Shown: positions 50,740-60,784 of the stretch, one piece after another
Layout: the number at the start of each line of letters is the position of its first letter
How positions within the stretch are numbered: the first letter of the stretch is position 1
NCBI GenBank assembly: GCA_963675525.2
Contig: CAXXSL010000016.1
Coordinates: 704,001-768,000 of the forward strand
DNA: 64,000 bases
Reading direction: 5' to 3'
Origin: Anaerohalosphaeraceae bacterium
Lineage (GTDB): Bacteria; Planctomycetota; Phycisphaerae; Sedimentisphaerales; Anaerohalosphaeraceae
Made by a program: the position numbers and the translations under genes
The notes under the pieces: generated by a model
What the model saw: the letters and a program-made list of their open reading frames with translations, nothing else
Databases searched by the model: none
Told to the model about the DNA's origin: nothing

Positions 50740-51055
50740 TATAATACACTCGCAGGCGGCCAATGCCGCCCTGAGGTCTAAAACCTCAAGTCTCGAGTCT
50801 CAGGCCTCAAGACTGAAATTGACAATTTCAACAGAGTGCGAACGCCCCGCGTCGCCCGGTTTACCTTGAGCCTGTCGAAAGGCCTGCCAACCCTTTTTTC
50901 TCTGTGAAATCTGCGTAATCTGTGGATACCTTTTTTCGCCAAACGAACCCAATTCTTGGATCTGAGAAACCACCGTAAATTCTTTCTTTATAGCTAATTG
51001 CTGAAATCTTAAGGCTGATAGCGACTCAAAAAACAAACCCAAACAAAGCCATTTT
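50740..51055 (+). other. Composite non-coding element: TATAAT, multi-hairpin leader, REP, nonamer repeat and AAACrAACCCAA direct repeats
   Basis: Hairpins GGCGGC/GCCGCC, TGAGGT/ACCTCA, TGAAATTG/CAATTTCA; CTTGAGCCTGTCGAAAG; AAACGAACCCAA (about 50941) and AAACAAACCCAAACAAAGCCA (about 51031). Confidence 0.5.
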
Positions 51056-51149
51056 GAGACTTCCCATTGTGTGAAAAATTCAGTACAATCATCAGACATG
51101 ACAATGTTAAGCAGTACAAAATAATGACAAACTCAAAGAAAGGCTTCTT

Positions 51150-52208
51150 ATGAATAAACAATCTCAAAGCTTTTTGACCGATTTGCTCCAGGCACCCAGT
51201 CCCTCAGGATTTGAGCAGCCCGCCGCCAAAATCTGGCGCAACTATGTCAAACCCAGCGTCGATGAACTGATTCCAGATGTACACGGAAACTCTATCGCCG
51301 TTTTGAACCCAAAAGCGAAGTTTAAATTCATGCTCGCCGGGCACATCGACGAAATCGGCCTGATGATTACCCACATCGATGACAAAGGCTACCTCTACAC
51401 CGCCCAGATCGGCGGCATGGACCCCGCCCTGCTCATCGGCCAGCGCGTCAAAATCATGACCGCCAAAGGCCCCATTCTCGGCGTCATCGGACGCAAGGCC
51501 ATCCATCAGATGACCCCCGAAGAACGCAAGAAAAACGTCGAAATGGACAATATCTGGGTCGATATCGGCGCCAACAACAAAAAGGCCGCCGAAAAACGCG
51601 TCGCCATTGGCGACCCCATGGTCGTGGACGTGGCCTGTCGCCAGCTCAACGGCGACAAACTTGTCTCCCGCGCGACCGACGACAAAGCCGGGGCATTTGT
51701 TGTCGCCGAATGTATGAAAGCACTGTCCAAACGCAAGCTGAATGTCTGCGTTGTCGGCGTCGCCACTGTCCAGGAGGAAATCGGCCTGCGCGGCGCAATT
51801 ACCTCCAGCTACCAGGTCAAACCGGATGCCGGATTTGCGATTGATGTGACATTCAGCAGCGACCACCCGGACACCAACCCCAAAAAAACCGGCGAGGTCA
51901 AGCTCGGCAGCGGCCCCGTTTTGCATCGCGGCCCGAACATCAACCCCGTCATGGAAAAAGAACTGTTCAAGATCGCCAAACAGAAAAAAATAGCGTACCA
52001 GGTGACCGCCGAACCGCGCGGCACCGGCACCGACGCCAATGCCATGCAGTTATCCCGCGGCGGCGCCGCAACCGGCCTTATCAGTATCCCCAACCGTTAT
52101 ATGCATACACCGGTAGAAGTAATTTCGACAAAGGATTTGGATAATACGATTAAGCTGATTGTGGAATACATCGCCGCCCATCCGGCTAAACGGGATTACA
52201 GACCCTGA
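51150..52208 (+). CDS. M42 family (TET) aminopeptidase
   Basis: PSPSGFE, AGHIDEIG, DDKAG, QEEIG, GTDA, RYMHTP. Confidence 0.93.
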   Translation: MNKQSQSFLTDLLQAPSPSGFEQPAAKIWRNYVKPSVDELIPDVHGNSIAVLNPKAKFKFMLAGHIDEIGLMITHIDDKGYLYTAQIGGMDPALLIGQRVKIMTAKGPILGVIGRKAIHQMTPEERKKNVEMDNIWVDIGANNKKAAEKRVAIGDPMVVDVACRQLNGDKLVSRATDDKAGAFVVAECMKALSKRKLNVCVVGVATVQEEIGLRGAITSSYQVKPDAGFAIDVTFSSDHPDTNPKKTGEVKLGSGPVLHRGPNINPVMEKELFKIAKQKKIAYQVTAEPRGTGTDANAMQLSRGGAATGLISIPNRYMHTPVEVISTKDLDNTIKLIVEYIAAHPAKRDYRP

Positions 52209-52225
52209 GCAGGAACCCACCCTAT

Positions 52226-52840
52226 ATGAAAATTGACGGTACAGACATTCAGTTCTTTACCAGCACTTACATTAAGATGTTTTTCCTGCTGGCGCCGTTT
52301 TTCACGATATCGTTGTTTTTGAAAATGAGTGAAACCAGCCGTTCCATCGACCGACACAGTGCCGCAATGAGGGCTTCGATTGCGATTTTAGTCGCAATCA
52401 CCGTGTTTTTCTTTTTCGGCAAAACACTTTTCGGCCTGTTGGGAATTACCTTGGCCGCATTTCAGATCGGTGCCGGAACCACCCTGTTCTTAACCTCTGT
52501 CATGCTGGTTCTGGGAATTAGCAACCCCCCAAAACAGGAAGAAAATGAAGATTTCAGCGTCGTTCCGCTTGCGTTGCCCATTATCGTCGGCCCCGGCACC
52601 ATCGGCACGCTGATGGTATGGGGCACTGAAATCACGGATTCTTCGCAACGATTGATTGCTTTCGCCGCAATATTAGCAGGCGGGATCACAATGTCGTTGT
52701 TTTTGCTCACGGCCGAGCATATTCAACGATTATTAGGCCGTAAAGTCATGCAGGTGATGATTAAGCTCACCGCACTGGTGCTGACGGCGCTGGCTGCGCA
52801 AATTGTTTTTACTGGCATCAAAAGTTTCATGGCTGCTTAA
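52226..52840 (+). CDS. MarC family membrane protein
   Basis: AFQIGAG, VVPLALPIIVGPG. Confidence 0.88.
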   Translation: MKIDGTDIQFFTSTYIKMFFLLAPFFTISLFLKMSETSRSIDRHSAAMRASIAILVAITVFFFFGKTLFGLLGITLAAFQIGAGTTLFLTSVMLVLGISNPPKQEENEDFSVVPLALPIIVGPGTIGTLMVWGTEITDSSQRLIAFAAILAGGITMSLFLLTAEHIQRLLGRKVMQVMIKLTALVLTALAAQIVFTGIKSFMAA

Positions 52841-52957
52841 AATCAGACTGTTTGATTATTTAAGTCACGTGGATATTTGCTTGACTTCCCCCCCCTCTCT
52901 CTGGTATTGGTAACACGTTATAATAAGTCAACAATAAATCTTTTTTGGAGGATTACC

Positions 52958-53668
52958 ATGTCCAAGCGTCCGCTTTATCAATCTGCTTTCTTGTTTGTTT
53001 GTGTACTTGTATTAGCTTTGTTATGTTTATTGACACCGCTGCAGGCCGAAGAAAAAAGTGACTTCAAGATCGATCTGGCAAAATTCACCCAGGAAACCCA
53101 GAAATTTTCACAGGATGCCTCCGCCATGCAGTTTGTCTGGTGGATCCCGCTTAATTTCTGGGAAGAATCATTTAAAAGCGACCCGACTGTCAGCAAAGCT
53201 GACGCGGACGAAATGATTGACGCATTTAATGATTACGTTATGGTTGCTGTCGTGGACGGAACAATGGGTGACTACGGAAACATCACATATCGCTCCTACA
53301 GTACTATTGAGAGTAATCTTTCGATCATGGACAAAAACGGAAAAAAATATACGCCCCTGTCTTCAGACAAAATTAATGCCAAAACAACTGAGATGCTGTC
53401 GGCTTTTAAGCCCATCATGGCCAATATGCTTGGCAATATGGGGCAGAATCTGCACATTTTCATGTTTCCCAAAAAAGATGCAGAAGGTGCCGTCATTGAC
53501 GACCCCAAGTCTGAGGGATCATTTGCAGTTGTTTTAGGTAGCGACACATACAAATGGAAACTTCCGCTGATCTCGCTGTATCCTGTAATGCCCTGCGAAA
53601 AATGCAAGGAAGAATGCAGCGGCGCCTGGCATTACTGCCCCTGGTGCGGTACAAAAATTGCAAAATAA
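52958..53668 (+). CDS. Secreted hypothetical protein with C-terminal zinc ribbon
   Basis: Signal peptide; CEKC...CPWCG; SD GGAGG. Confidence 0.75.
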   Translation: MSKRPLYQSAFLFVCVLVLALLCLLTPLQAEEKSDFKIDLAKFTQETQKFSQDASAMQFVWWIPLNFWEESFKSDPTVSKADADEMIDAFNDYVMVAVVDGTMGDYGNITYRSYSTIESNLSIMDKNGKKYTPLSSDKINAKTTEMLSAFKPIMANMLGNMGQNLHIFMFPKKDAEGAVIDDPKSEGSFAVVLGSDTYKWKLPLISLYPVMPCEKCKEECSGAWHYCPWCGTKIAK

Positions 53669-53690
53669 TTGATTAACGAGCATATAAATC

Positions 53691-53732
53691 GACGGCTGTC
53701 CTTAACCGCTTGGTGAAGGACGGCCGTTTTTT
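53691..53732 (+). terminator. Intrinsic terminator
   Basis: GACGGCTGTCCTT...AAGGACGGCCGTT followed by a T-tract. Confidence 0.8.
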
Positions 53733-53766
53733 ATATGATTAGAGGGCAGCGTATCAGCCAGAAGAA

Positions 53767-54534
53767 TTATATTGAAACAGAATTAGCGCTACTCTGTTGA
53801 TTAAGTTTTTCATATTCGTCGGTTACCTGCATCAAGCGGTGCAATATCTGGCGCCCATCATTACCCGATTCTAACCCCAGAAACTCGATGCCCACCAAAA
53901 ATTGATGCTGATCCGGTTGATCTATGAGATAGCGTACATGCGCTTCCAATAACAACGGCCGCTCGTAGCTCATGGGCGTAAATTGAACACCAACAAGCTG
54001 TCCAACACAAAAACAATCTTTCATGTCCAGATCAACCGCGATTTGAGCACCGCTGGCTGATAAATTCAACAAACGGCCCTGCCAGTATTGTTCGATGGGA
54101 TCTTCAATGGTGTCATTCAGATAGCCTCGATGCCAGAACAGCGTTTTGACTTTTAAATTTGAGGGCACAGGCTGTCGCTCGTAAACCCGGCGCTGCATAC
54201 ATTCGGCTTTATCAGGGAGTTCCAAATGAACCTGAAAGCCGTTAAAACTCTCCTTTAATCCCAGAATCATTGCTTCAAATAGGTACTTAAAATGTCCTAT
54301 ATCTATGCATATACCAACTGGTTGGTTTGTCTTTAGGTTTTTGGCTCCATGATCTTCAGCCAGCACAATTCTTTCATGATCAAAAGAGGCTATTCGGGTA
54401 CTAAAAAGTCTCCATTTCCCCTGCTGTGTATAACTAACAACAACATGGGCCTTTTCCTGAACCGCCGTTAGCAAAAAATCACTAATCTGATCAAGTTTTA
54501 GCGTTTCACTTCGTGTCATTGTCAATATTCCCAT
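53767..54534 (-). CDS. PilZ-domain c-di-GMP effector (YcgR-like)
   Basis: QRRVYER (RxxxR) and NLSASG motifs. Confidence 0.85.
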   Translation of the reverse strand: MGILTMTRSETLKLDQISDFLLTAVQEKAHVVVSYTQQGKWRLFSTRIASFDHERIVLAEDHGAKNLKTNQPVGICIDIGHFKYLFEAMILGLKESFNGFQVHLELPDKAECMQRRVYERQPVPSNLKVKTLFWHRGYLNDTIEDPIEQYWQGRLLNLSASGAQIAVDLDMKDCFCVGQLVGVQFTPMSYERPLLLEAHVRYLIDQPDQHQFLVGIEFLGLESGNDGRQILHRLMQVTDEYEKLNQQSSANSVSI

Positions 54535-54591
54535 CAAAAGGCCCTTTTTGCTATTTAAAGCTTAATATATATTCCAACTCCAACCTTCTAT

Positions 54592-54619
54592 AAATCGGCA
54601 TCCATCGTAAAAACCTTGA
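54592..54619 (-). promoter_or_regulatory. Sigma-28 (FliA)-type promoter
   Basis: TCAA-N16-GCCGATTT upstream of the PilZ gene. Confidence 0.55.
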
Positions 54620-54812
54620 ATCCATTAAAAAAAGGGACCTTCGATTATCTATACGATGATACGGAACTTTTTGAGCGGCTCGGTCATAAAATAACCCAAA
54701 AAAGCCTATATCACAGCCAAATACGGATACTAATTTTTGGTTTTCGCAAGGGTTTTTAGATTCCGTTAATCGCAGCGTTGCAAATTATCTTTATCCAACG
54801 TATGATTGCCCC

Positions 54813-56147
54813 ATGGACAACGAACTGTTAAAACGTTATTCTTTGGCCGAAATCGCATTTCTGGCGATTTTTGTTCTGGGTATAGGGCTGGCACAAATCA
54901 TTGTAAAAGTTCGCCACCAGATCAAGCTTTCTGAGCCTATCGCCCTTCTCGGCTCGGGACTGTTGGTTTCTATGCCGACAAATCCCGGCTGGGAATACGA
55001 AACTGTCTGGCGGTACGAATCCGACAACAGTATGGCACTGGTCGGCAAACACCAGAGTGGCCGATTTCGGGACGCCTCGGTTCAGTGGAGTTATTATCTA
55101 TGCCGCCCAGAGGGAACGGCCCGAGAACTACTGGAACAGCGTATTGACCAAGCCGGAACCAAATTGGGCCAGATCGAATCGCTTTCAGGGGCGATCGATA
55201 TGGATTATGCCATTATTCATTCTGAAGGCACCAATCAGCCCTTTTATCTGGGCCTTGCGCGTATGGATCTGGGTCGATGTCTGGAATTGCGCGTCTATCC
55301 CCAGGATGCCGATGGGTACTATGCTGAAAATCTTTTCCGCTCTTTATTTTCGAGTATTCAATATGAGCTGCCGGAACAACTTCAGCACGGCAAAAATCTG
55401 ACGCGTGATTTTTGGAAAACCCTCGTGGCCAACTGGCTGTCTTTAAGTGAAAATAAAGAGGATGCCTTTTTGGTCAAATCTTCACAAAATCAAATTGTGG
55501 GATACTCGCAGTATCAATATGCCGTTCTTAATGGCAAAGGAAAAAAACAGCCGGAACTTTCGGTGCATCAGTATGAACGTAATTTTTTGCGGGTGGAGTC
55601 AACATTGCTATTCCACGACAGCAGCATATTTACCTGGACAACCTCCATTCAGCGTATCGGTATGAACCAACCACGTAAATACACGATTTCCAATGGGCCT
55701 GACGGAATCATTCAGGTCCATTCGGATTCCGATGAAAACAAGCAGTTCGCAACGGATTCTCTTTTTGTGCCGGAACTGCTTTTGCCGGAATATGCGGCCA
55801 TGCTGCTGGATTATGATAGAGAAAGCTTTGTGGTTGACGTTTTATTGTCAAATGGATTGATGGTACCGGCCGGGATCAGTCGGATTGATGTTTCCGAGGG
55901 TCATGCTCGTTCAGAAGAAATCGCTTACGTCATTCGAATCAATTTCTTTAACCGCCAGGAATCCATTGATGAACTTTATTATGACGCTGATAAACAACTC
56001 GTCGGACGATTTGAAAAACAGCCTTCACGGCAGCGTTTGTGGGATCTCACGTCGCCGGACAATATAGAGCAGATTTTCAAAGATATTCTTGAACCTCCTG
56101 AAGATAACGCCCCGCCGTTCATCAACAAAGAAACCATTAAAGCGTAA
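54813..56147 (+). CDS. Hypothetical protein with N-terminal TM anchor
   Basis: 444-aa ORF filling the gap before trxB. Confidence 0.7.
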   Translation: MDNELLKRYSLAEIAFLAIFVLGIGLAQIIVKVRHQIKLSEPIALLGSGLLVSMPTNPGWEYETVWRYESDNSMALVGKHQSGRFRDASVQWSYYLCRPEGTARELLEQRIDQAGTKLGQIESLSGAIDMDYAIIHSEGTNQPFYLGLARMDLGRCLELRVYPQDADGYYAENLFRSLFSSIQYELPEQLQHGKNLTRDFWKTLVANWLSLSENKEDAFLVKSSQNQIVGYSQYQYAVLNGKGKKQPELSVHQYERNFLRVESTLLFHDSSIFTWTTSIQRIGMNQPRKYTISNGPDGIIQVHSDSDENKQFATDSLFVPELLLPEYAAMLLDYDRESFVVDVLLSNGLMVPAGISRIDVSEGHARSEEIAYVIRINFFNRQESIDELYYDADKQLVGRFEKQPSRQRLWDLTSPDNIEQIFKDILEPPEDNAPPFINKETIKA

Positions 56148-56172
56148 CCATCAAAATACTTAGAGGAAAATT

Positions 56173-57171
56173 ATGGCTGAACAACTATATGATTGTGTCA
56201 TCGTCGGCGCCGGGCCGGCGGGCTTGGGAGCGGGTTTATACGCGGCGCGCGACAGGCAAAAAACATTACTGCTGGAAAAATTCTATCCCGGCGGACAGAT
56301 CAACAACACCGACCGTATCGAAAACTATCCCGGCTATGCCAACATCAGCGGAACCGATCTGGTCATGAAAATGGTCGAACAGGTGAAAAACTTTGGCGGC
56401 GAGATTAAGACCAGCGCCGAAGTCAAAAAATTAAAACGCCGCGACGATGGCCTGATTGAAATCTCAACCGCGAAAGAAACCTTCCTCGGTAAAATCGTGA
56501 TCCTCACCCCGGGCAGCTCCTATCGGCATTTGGACGTCCCGGGCGAAGAGGAGTTTCGCCAGGCAGGTGCGGGCGTCAGTTACTGCGGAACCTGCGATGC
56601 CCCCTTCTTTAAGGACAAAATCGTCGTTGCCGTGGGCGGCGGAAATACGGCGGTCGAAGACACACTGCATTTGGCCAAATATGCTAAAAAAGTTTATATG
56701 GTTCACCGGCGGCAGGAGTTTCGCGCGACTAAGGTGCTTGTTGAGGAACTCATGGAGTATGTGAACAAAGACGGCTCCAATCTCGAACTGATTCTCGACA
56801 GTACGCTTAGCGAAATTCAAGGCGAAAAGCACGTTCAAAAAGCGATGATTAAAAATGTCAAGACGAATCAGATGCGCGAGATTGAATGCGACGGCGTGTT
56901 TATCTTTGTCGGCATGGTTCCCAATACCGATTTCCTGAAAGGATTCGTCGAACTGACCGACAGCGGTTTTATCAAATGTGAAACAGCCTATTTGCGAACG
57001 AATATACCCGGTGTGTTTGTGGCAGGCGATTGCCGGATCGGAGCCGCGATGCAGTTAGTGACGGCCGTGGCCGACGGGGTTAACGCTGCGATGTGGATGA
57101 AACATTACCTCCGCGACCTGAACTGGTGGAACGCCCCGCTTTCCGACGCCCTGTCACCCGGCGAATGGTAA
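56173..57171 (+). CDS. trxB: Thioredoxin-disulfide reductase
   Basis: GAGPAG, IENYPG, GVSYCGTCD, GGGNTA, HRR, AGD. Confidence 0.93.
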   Translation: MAEQLYDCVIVGAGPAGLGAGLYAARDRQKTLLLEKFYPGGQINNTDRIENYPGYANISGTDLVMKMVEQVKNFGGEIKTSAEVKKLKRRDDGLIEISTAKETFLGKIVILTPGSSYRHLDVPGEEEFRQAGAGVSYCGTCDAPFFKDKIVVAVGGGNTAVEDTLHLAKYAKKVYMVHRRQEFRATKVLVEELMEYVNKDGSNLELILDSTLSEIQGEKHVQKAMIKNVKTNQMREIECDGVFIFVGMVPNTDFLKGFVELTDSGFIKCETAYLRTNIPGVFVAGDCRIGAAMQLVTAVADGVNAAMWMKHYLRDLNWWNAPLSDALSPGEW

Positions 57172-57176
57172 GAATA

Positions 57177-57911
57177 TCAGTATCTCTTTCTTCGTTTTAA
57201 AACACCCCAAGTGCCGACGGAGATGAGCAACAATGTCGCAGGTTCAGGAACGGATGTTATTTCAATTGAATTTATATTAAAGAAATAACGTTCATCACCA
57301 TCACTTGCTCCCTGCGAGGAATAATAGTCTCTGCTGATTCTCAACCACGTAGAATTATAAGTATTGGAATTCGGTATTTTTTCCGGTTCTACGGGATCAA
57401 TATAGTTGTCGCTATTGAATCCATATCCAAATGAAACAGAATCCTGGATGTCAGGAATCGGCAACTCATTCGTGGCGCAGTAAATTCCGAAGCTTTTTGT
57501 TGTGCTGGCCATCCCCATCAAGTGAGGACCATAACTCGATGCGTTTTCTGAGTCAACAAGGGTATAAGGCATGTTGTTAAAGTTATATTCCTGTATGCAA
57601 CTCTGCTGCCTGAACACATTGATAGAATAATCAGCGAGCACTGTTTCATATTGCCAAAACCAGTCAATGGAAAATACATCGTCAATATATTCGTCTTCAA
57701 CCTTTTCAAAAAAATAGTCTTCAGCCATTAAATCGGTATCATACTTATAACTGCAGATTATTGTATCACCGATTTCAAACTGGTCTGCCGGGTTGCCTAC
57801 GTCCCAGGAACTTCGTTCGGAACACACACCTTCTACATTGACTTGTACTACCTGCGCATGACATGCGGCAGAAACAATAATAAGAATCGTTGTAAAAACC
57901 TTCTTTTTCAT
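57177..57911 (-). CDS. PEP-CTERM sorting domain protein
   Basis: Signal peptide; C-term VPEPATLLL...KRRKRY. Confidence 0.9.
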   Translation of the reverse strand: MKKKVFTTILIIVSAACHAQVVQVNVEGVCSERSSWDVGNPADQFEIGDTIICSYKYDTDLMAEDYFFEKVEDEYIDDVFSIDWFWQYETVLADYSINVFRQQSCIQEYNFNNMPYTLVDSENASSYGPHLMGMASTTKSFGIYCATNELPIPDIQDSVSFGYGFNSDNYIDPVEPEKIPNSNTYNSTWLRISRDYYSSQGASDGDERYFFNINSIEITSVPEPATLLLISVGTWGVLKRRKRY

Positions 57912-58046
57912 ACCCTGTCTCCATTCGTTGCTAATTATAGACTGCCATTTCCCGTATATGCGGCATACTCTGTAGGCTTTAAATTGATAGACACTTCAAA
58001 AAAAGTTTCCTTACTTATTTTCAACATCTCTTTATCTTAAAAGGGG

Positions 58047-58985
58047 TTATATGGACTCATTTTGTGTAAGCCCCATTCGTTCGGTCAGACGTTCAAACTC
58101 ATCGAGAGAATAATAATCAATGATGATACGTCCACGCTGGCCGCGTTTGTTGGCTTTGATGTTGACCTTTGTGCCGAGGATAGATTGGAGCTGCCGCTCT
58201 AAGTCGATAATATGGGCCAGCTTTTCCTTCTTTTCGGCCTTCTGTTCTGTTTTACCTTCGAGGTATTTTCTGACAAGCCGTTCAACTTCTCGGACACTGA
58301 ACCGCCCTGCCATAGCTCGATTGGCCAGCTTTTTTTGAAGATCATCCGTTGGCAGCGCAAGCATCGCTCGGGCATGTCCCATACTTAACTGCCCTTCCGA
58401 AAGCATCTGTTTAATCTCGCCAGGTAAGTTCAGTATTCGTAAGTAGTTAGCAACGACTGTGCGGTCTTCACCAAGACGTTTTGCCGCATCAACTTGTGTT
58501 AAATTAAACGAATTGATAAAATTCTGATACGCCTTCGCCCTTTCGATCGGATTCAAATCCGCCCTGTGAATATTCTCAACCAGCGCCAGTTCGAGCATCT
58601 CCTCATCGGTAGCTTGCCGGACAAACACAGGAACCAATTCTAATCCTGCCATTTCCGCTGCCCGAAAACGTCTTTCGCCTGCTATGATCTGGTATCCATC
58701 GCCTGACTTCCTGACAATGATCGGCTGGATAATTCCATTGGCTTTAATCGACTCACAGAGCTCGGCCAACTGCTCCTGATTCCAGGATGTCCGGGGCTGA
58801 TACGGATTTGGACGGATTTGAGAGACCGGCAATTCGGATTTTGCCAGTTCCAGCTTTGCATCCGGCGGAAATGAGGTTACATGTTCATTATCCTGTAATT
58901 CAGTGTTTTTTTTACTCATTGAACCCATTAATGCTTCAAGGCCGCGGCCCAAGTGCGGCTTTTTGACTTTTTTGCTATCCGACAT
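58047..58985 (-). CDS. parB: Chromosome partitioning protein ParB
   Basis: LGRGLEAL, PNPYQPR, AGERRFRA, ENIHRADLNPIE, GHARA. Confidence 0.96.
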   Translation of the reverse strand: MSDSKKVKKPHLGRGLEALMGSMSKKNTELQDNEHVTSFPPDAKLELAKSELPVSQIRPNPYQPRTSWNQEQLAELCESIKANGIIQPIIVRKSGDGYQIIAGERRFRAAEMAGLELVPVFVRQATDEEMLELALVENIHRADLNPIERAKAYQNFINSFNLTQVDAAKRLGEDRTVVANYLRILNLPGEIKQMLSEGQLSMGHARAMLALPTDDLQKKLANRAMAGRFSVREVERLVRKYLEGKTEQKAEKKEKLAHIIDLERQLQSILGTKVNIKANKRGQRGRIIIDYYSLDEFERLTERMGLTQNESI

Positions 58986-59144
58986 GTTTGCCTCCATGCA
59001 CCCTTAAAGGGTGATAATTTTCCGCGAGAAGAACCAGCGTTCCAAACAGCCATATCACCACGCAGGAAAAAGTTTTGTTTTCCATTCATTCACTAATCGA
59101 CATTTTTAATCAAATTGAATCAAAAACACCAGAAAAAAATAGAG

Positions 59145-59160
59145 TGTTTCACGTGAAACA
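59145..59160. promoter_or_regulatory. parS site
   Basis: TGTTTCACGTGAAACA, perfect consensus. Confidence 0.95.
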
Positions 59161-59219
59161 CAAAAAAATATTTTACAACTTGATTCCGGCAGGGGGATAA
59201 GTGTGCATAAAAAAAGGAG

Positions 59220-59235
59220 TGTTTCACGTGAAACA
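59220..59235. promoter_or_regulatory. parS site within a 28-bp perfect palindrome (59214-59241)
   Basis: AAGGAG-TGTTTCACGTGAAACA-CTCCTT. Confidence 0.95.
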
Positions 59236-59276
59236 CTCCTTGAGAAATCCACACAAAAACAGAATAGGCGGGGTGA

Positions 59277-60773
59277 TTATTTTTCAATATGGGACATCAC
59301 AGGAATCCCATATATCTGAGCAATCTTGCTATTCTCGAGTTCTAACTGTGCTCTTGGTATAATCACCTTTGGTGAATCCATTTCAAATTCGATGACAAAA
59401 AACTTCGACACTTCTTCTTTATATAGTGTATCTACTAAATCTTTTAATCTGCGTATCTCCTTATTATTTATACTACTTACAACAAGCCTAGAAAGTTGCT
59501 GATAACCCAAATTGATTTCAGACGGAAGCACGTAGTTTAACACAACCACATCTCGGCGATCATCCGTCGGCTTAAAAGCGTTGTCTCCGTAATACTGGTA
59601 CAGGTGGGGCGGTACCTTTCCCGGCCAGCCATCTCCCCACATTCCCAAAAAATCACGGGTCATTTTCTGAAAAATAAATCCGCCTACGACCACGTATTCA
59701 GGCTGTCGGCCATAAAGATAATAGGGCACCAACATTTCATCAGCTTTAAAATTGCGCGCAACAATCTCGATTGTTTGTTTGTTTCCATCCCGCCAAATCT
59801 CAACAGTAATTTTATCGCCATCGGATCTCTGCAAGATAATGTTCTCAAAAGACAACCGATCATATTGGTCATGCAGATAACGACCATACGGATTTATCTC
59901 GTGTCCATCCATAGACAGAATCACATCACCTGCTTTTAGCTCTTCACTGCCGGTTCCCAGATTATAAACCGTATTGACATAAACACCGTAATCGATGGTT
60001 TCCGGCATCTTCAAATGCTTACGCATAGTCGGGTCCAAGAGGTTGTAAATCTCAAATCCAATCAGACCAAATCCTTTGTAAGTGCTTTTTTTAGCTTGAC
60101 TTAAAAACCTATTGATAGTTTCAGCGGGAATGATTCCCGAATCCGATTCGGTTCCCCAGCAAGCCATTCCAATGACATCATCATCACTGCAGCAAACTTC
60201 ACCGTCTCCAAAAGGGCGTGAGGTATTCGTGGCAAGGTATTGTAGATTCTTCACAAAAGACACATCGGAAAAACGCATTTCTGCACGGTCCAGTGTCGAC
60301 CGGGCATTGGTCAAATGACCGCCGGCTGACAGCCAATAAGTATCTAGACGTTGACCTTTTGGAAAGACTTCTTTGAATTTCAACGGTTTTAACGGTATTG
60401 ATATCGCTGTTTCATCTAATGTTAACAAGCATAGATTATATTCATAATCAACCACCTTAATCGTGGCCGGAATATACTCATTTTGCGCGTAGAGTCTTGC
60501 CTGTAAAAAAGTTGCGTTCATCACATTTTCAGCCGTGGTCAGAACTTCGTACGGTCCGACCGCGCAGCCGTATCCACCATCTTTAGATATCGGAGACTGC
60601 TTCCATGGCTGGTATTGTTCGTATTGACTGTTGCTGATTTCCAGATATACCAGCGACTGCTTCATGGGTTCGGTTAGGTCAACAGGTTCTGCGGCAGGCA
60701 GCAGGGCAGTCCAAGCCAGTTGCGCCGCAACAATCAGTACGGTAATATAGAACTTTTTATTCATCTTGATCAT
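59277..60773 (-). CDS. Deg/HtrA-like PDZ protein with degenerate catalytic triad
   Basis: Colinear with the upstream protease but reads TTAENV, YEYNL, PFGDGE. Confidence 0.8.
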   Translation of the reverse strand: MIKMNKKFYITVLIVAAQLAWTALLPAAEPVDLTEPMKQSLVYLEISNSQYEQYQPWKQSPISKDGGYGCAVGPYEVLTTAENVMNATFLQARLYAQNEYIPATIKVVDYEYNLCLLTLDETAISIPLKPLKFKEVFPKGQRLDTYWLSAGGHLTNARSTLDRAEMRFSDVSFVKNLQYLATNTSRPFGDGEVCCSDDDVIGMACWGTESDSGIIPAETINRFLSQAKKSTYKGFGLIGFEIYNLLDPTMRKHLKMPETIDYGVYVNTVYNLGTGSEELKAGDVILSMDGHEINPYGRYLHDQYDRLSFENIILQRSDGDKITVEIWRDGNKQTIEIVARNFKADEMLVPYYLYGRQPEYVVVGGFIFQKMTRDFLGMWGDGWPGKVPPHLYQYYGDNAFKPTDDRRDVVVLNYVLPSEINLGYQQLSRLVVSSINNKEIRRLKDLVDTLYKEEVSKFFVIEFEMDSPKVIIPRAQLELENSKIAQIYGIPVMSHIEK

Positions 60774-60784
60774 ATCCTCATCAA

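Noticed and set aside
50800..51099. 99-aa minus-strand ORF and the 50537..50869 ORF
   Set aside because: Composed of repeat-derived sequence; no SD or family motif
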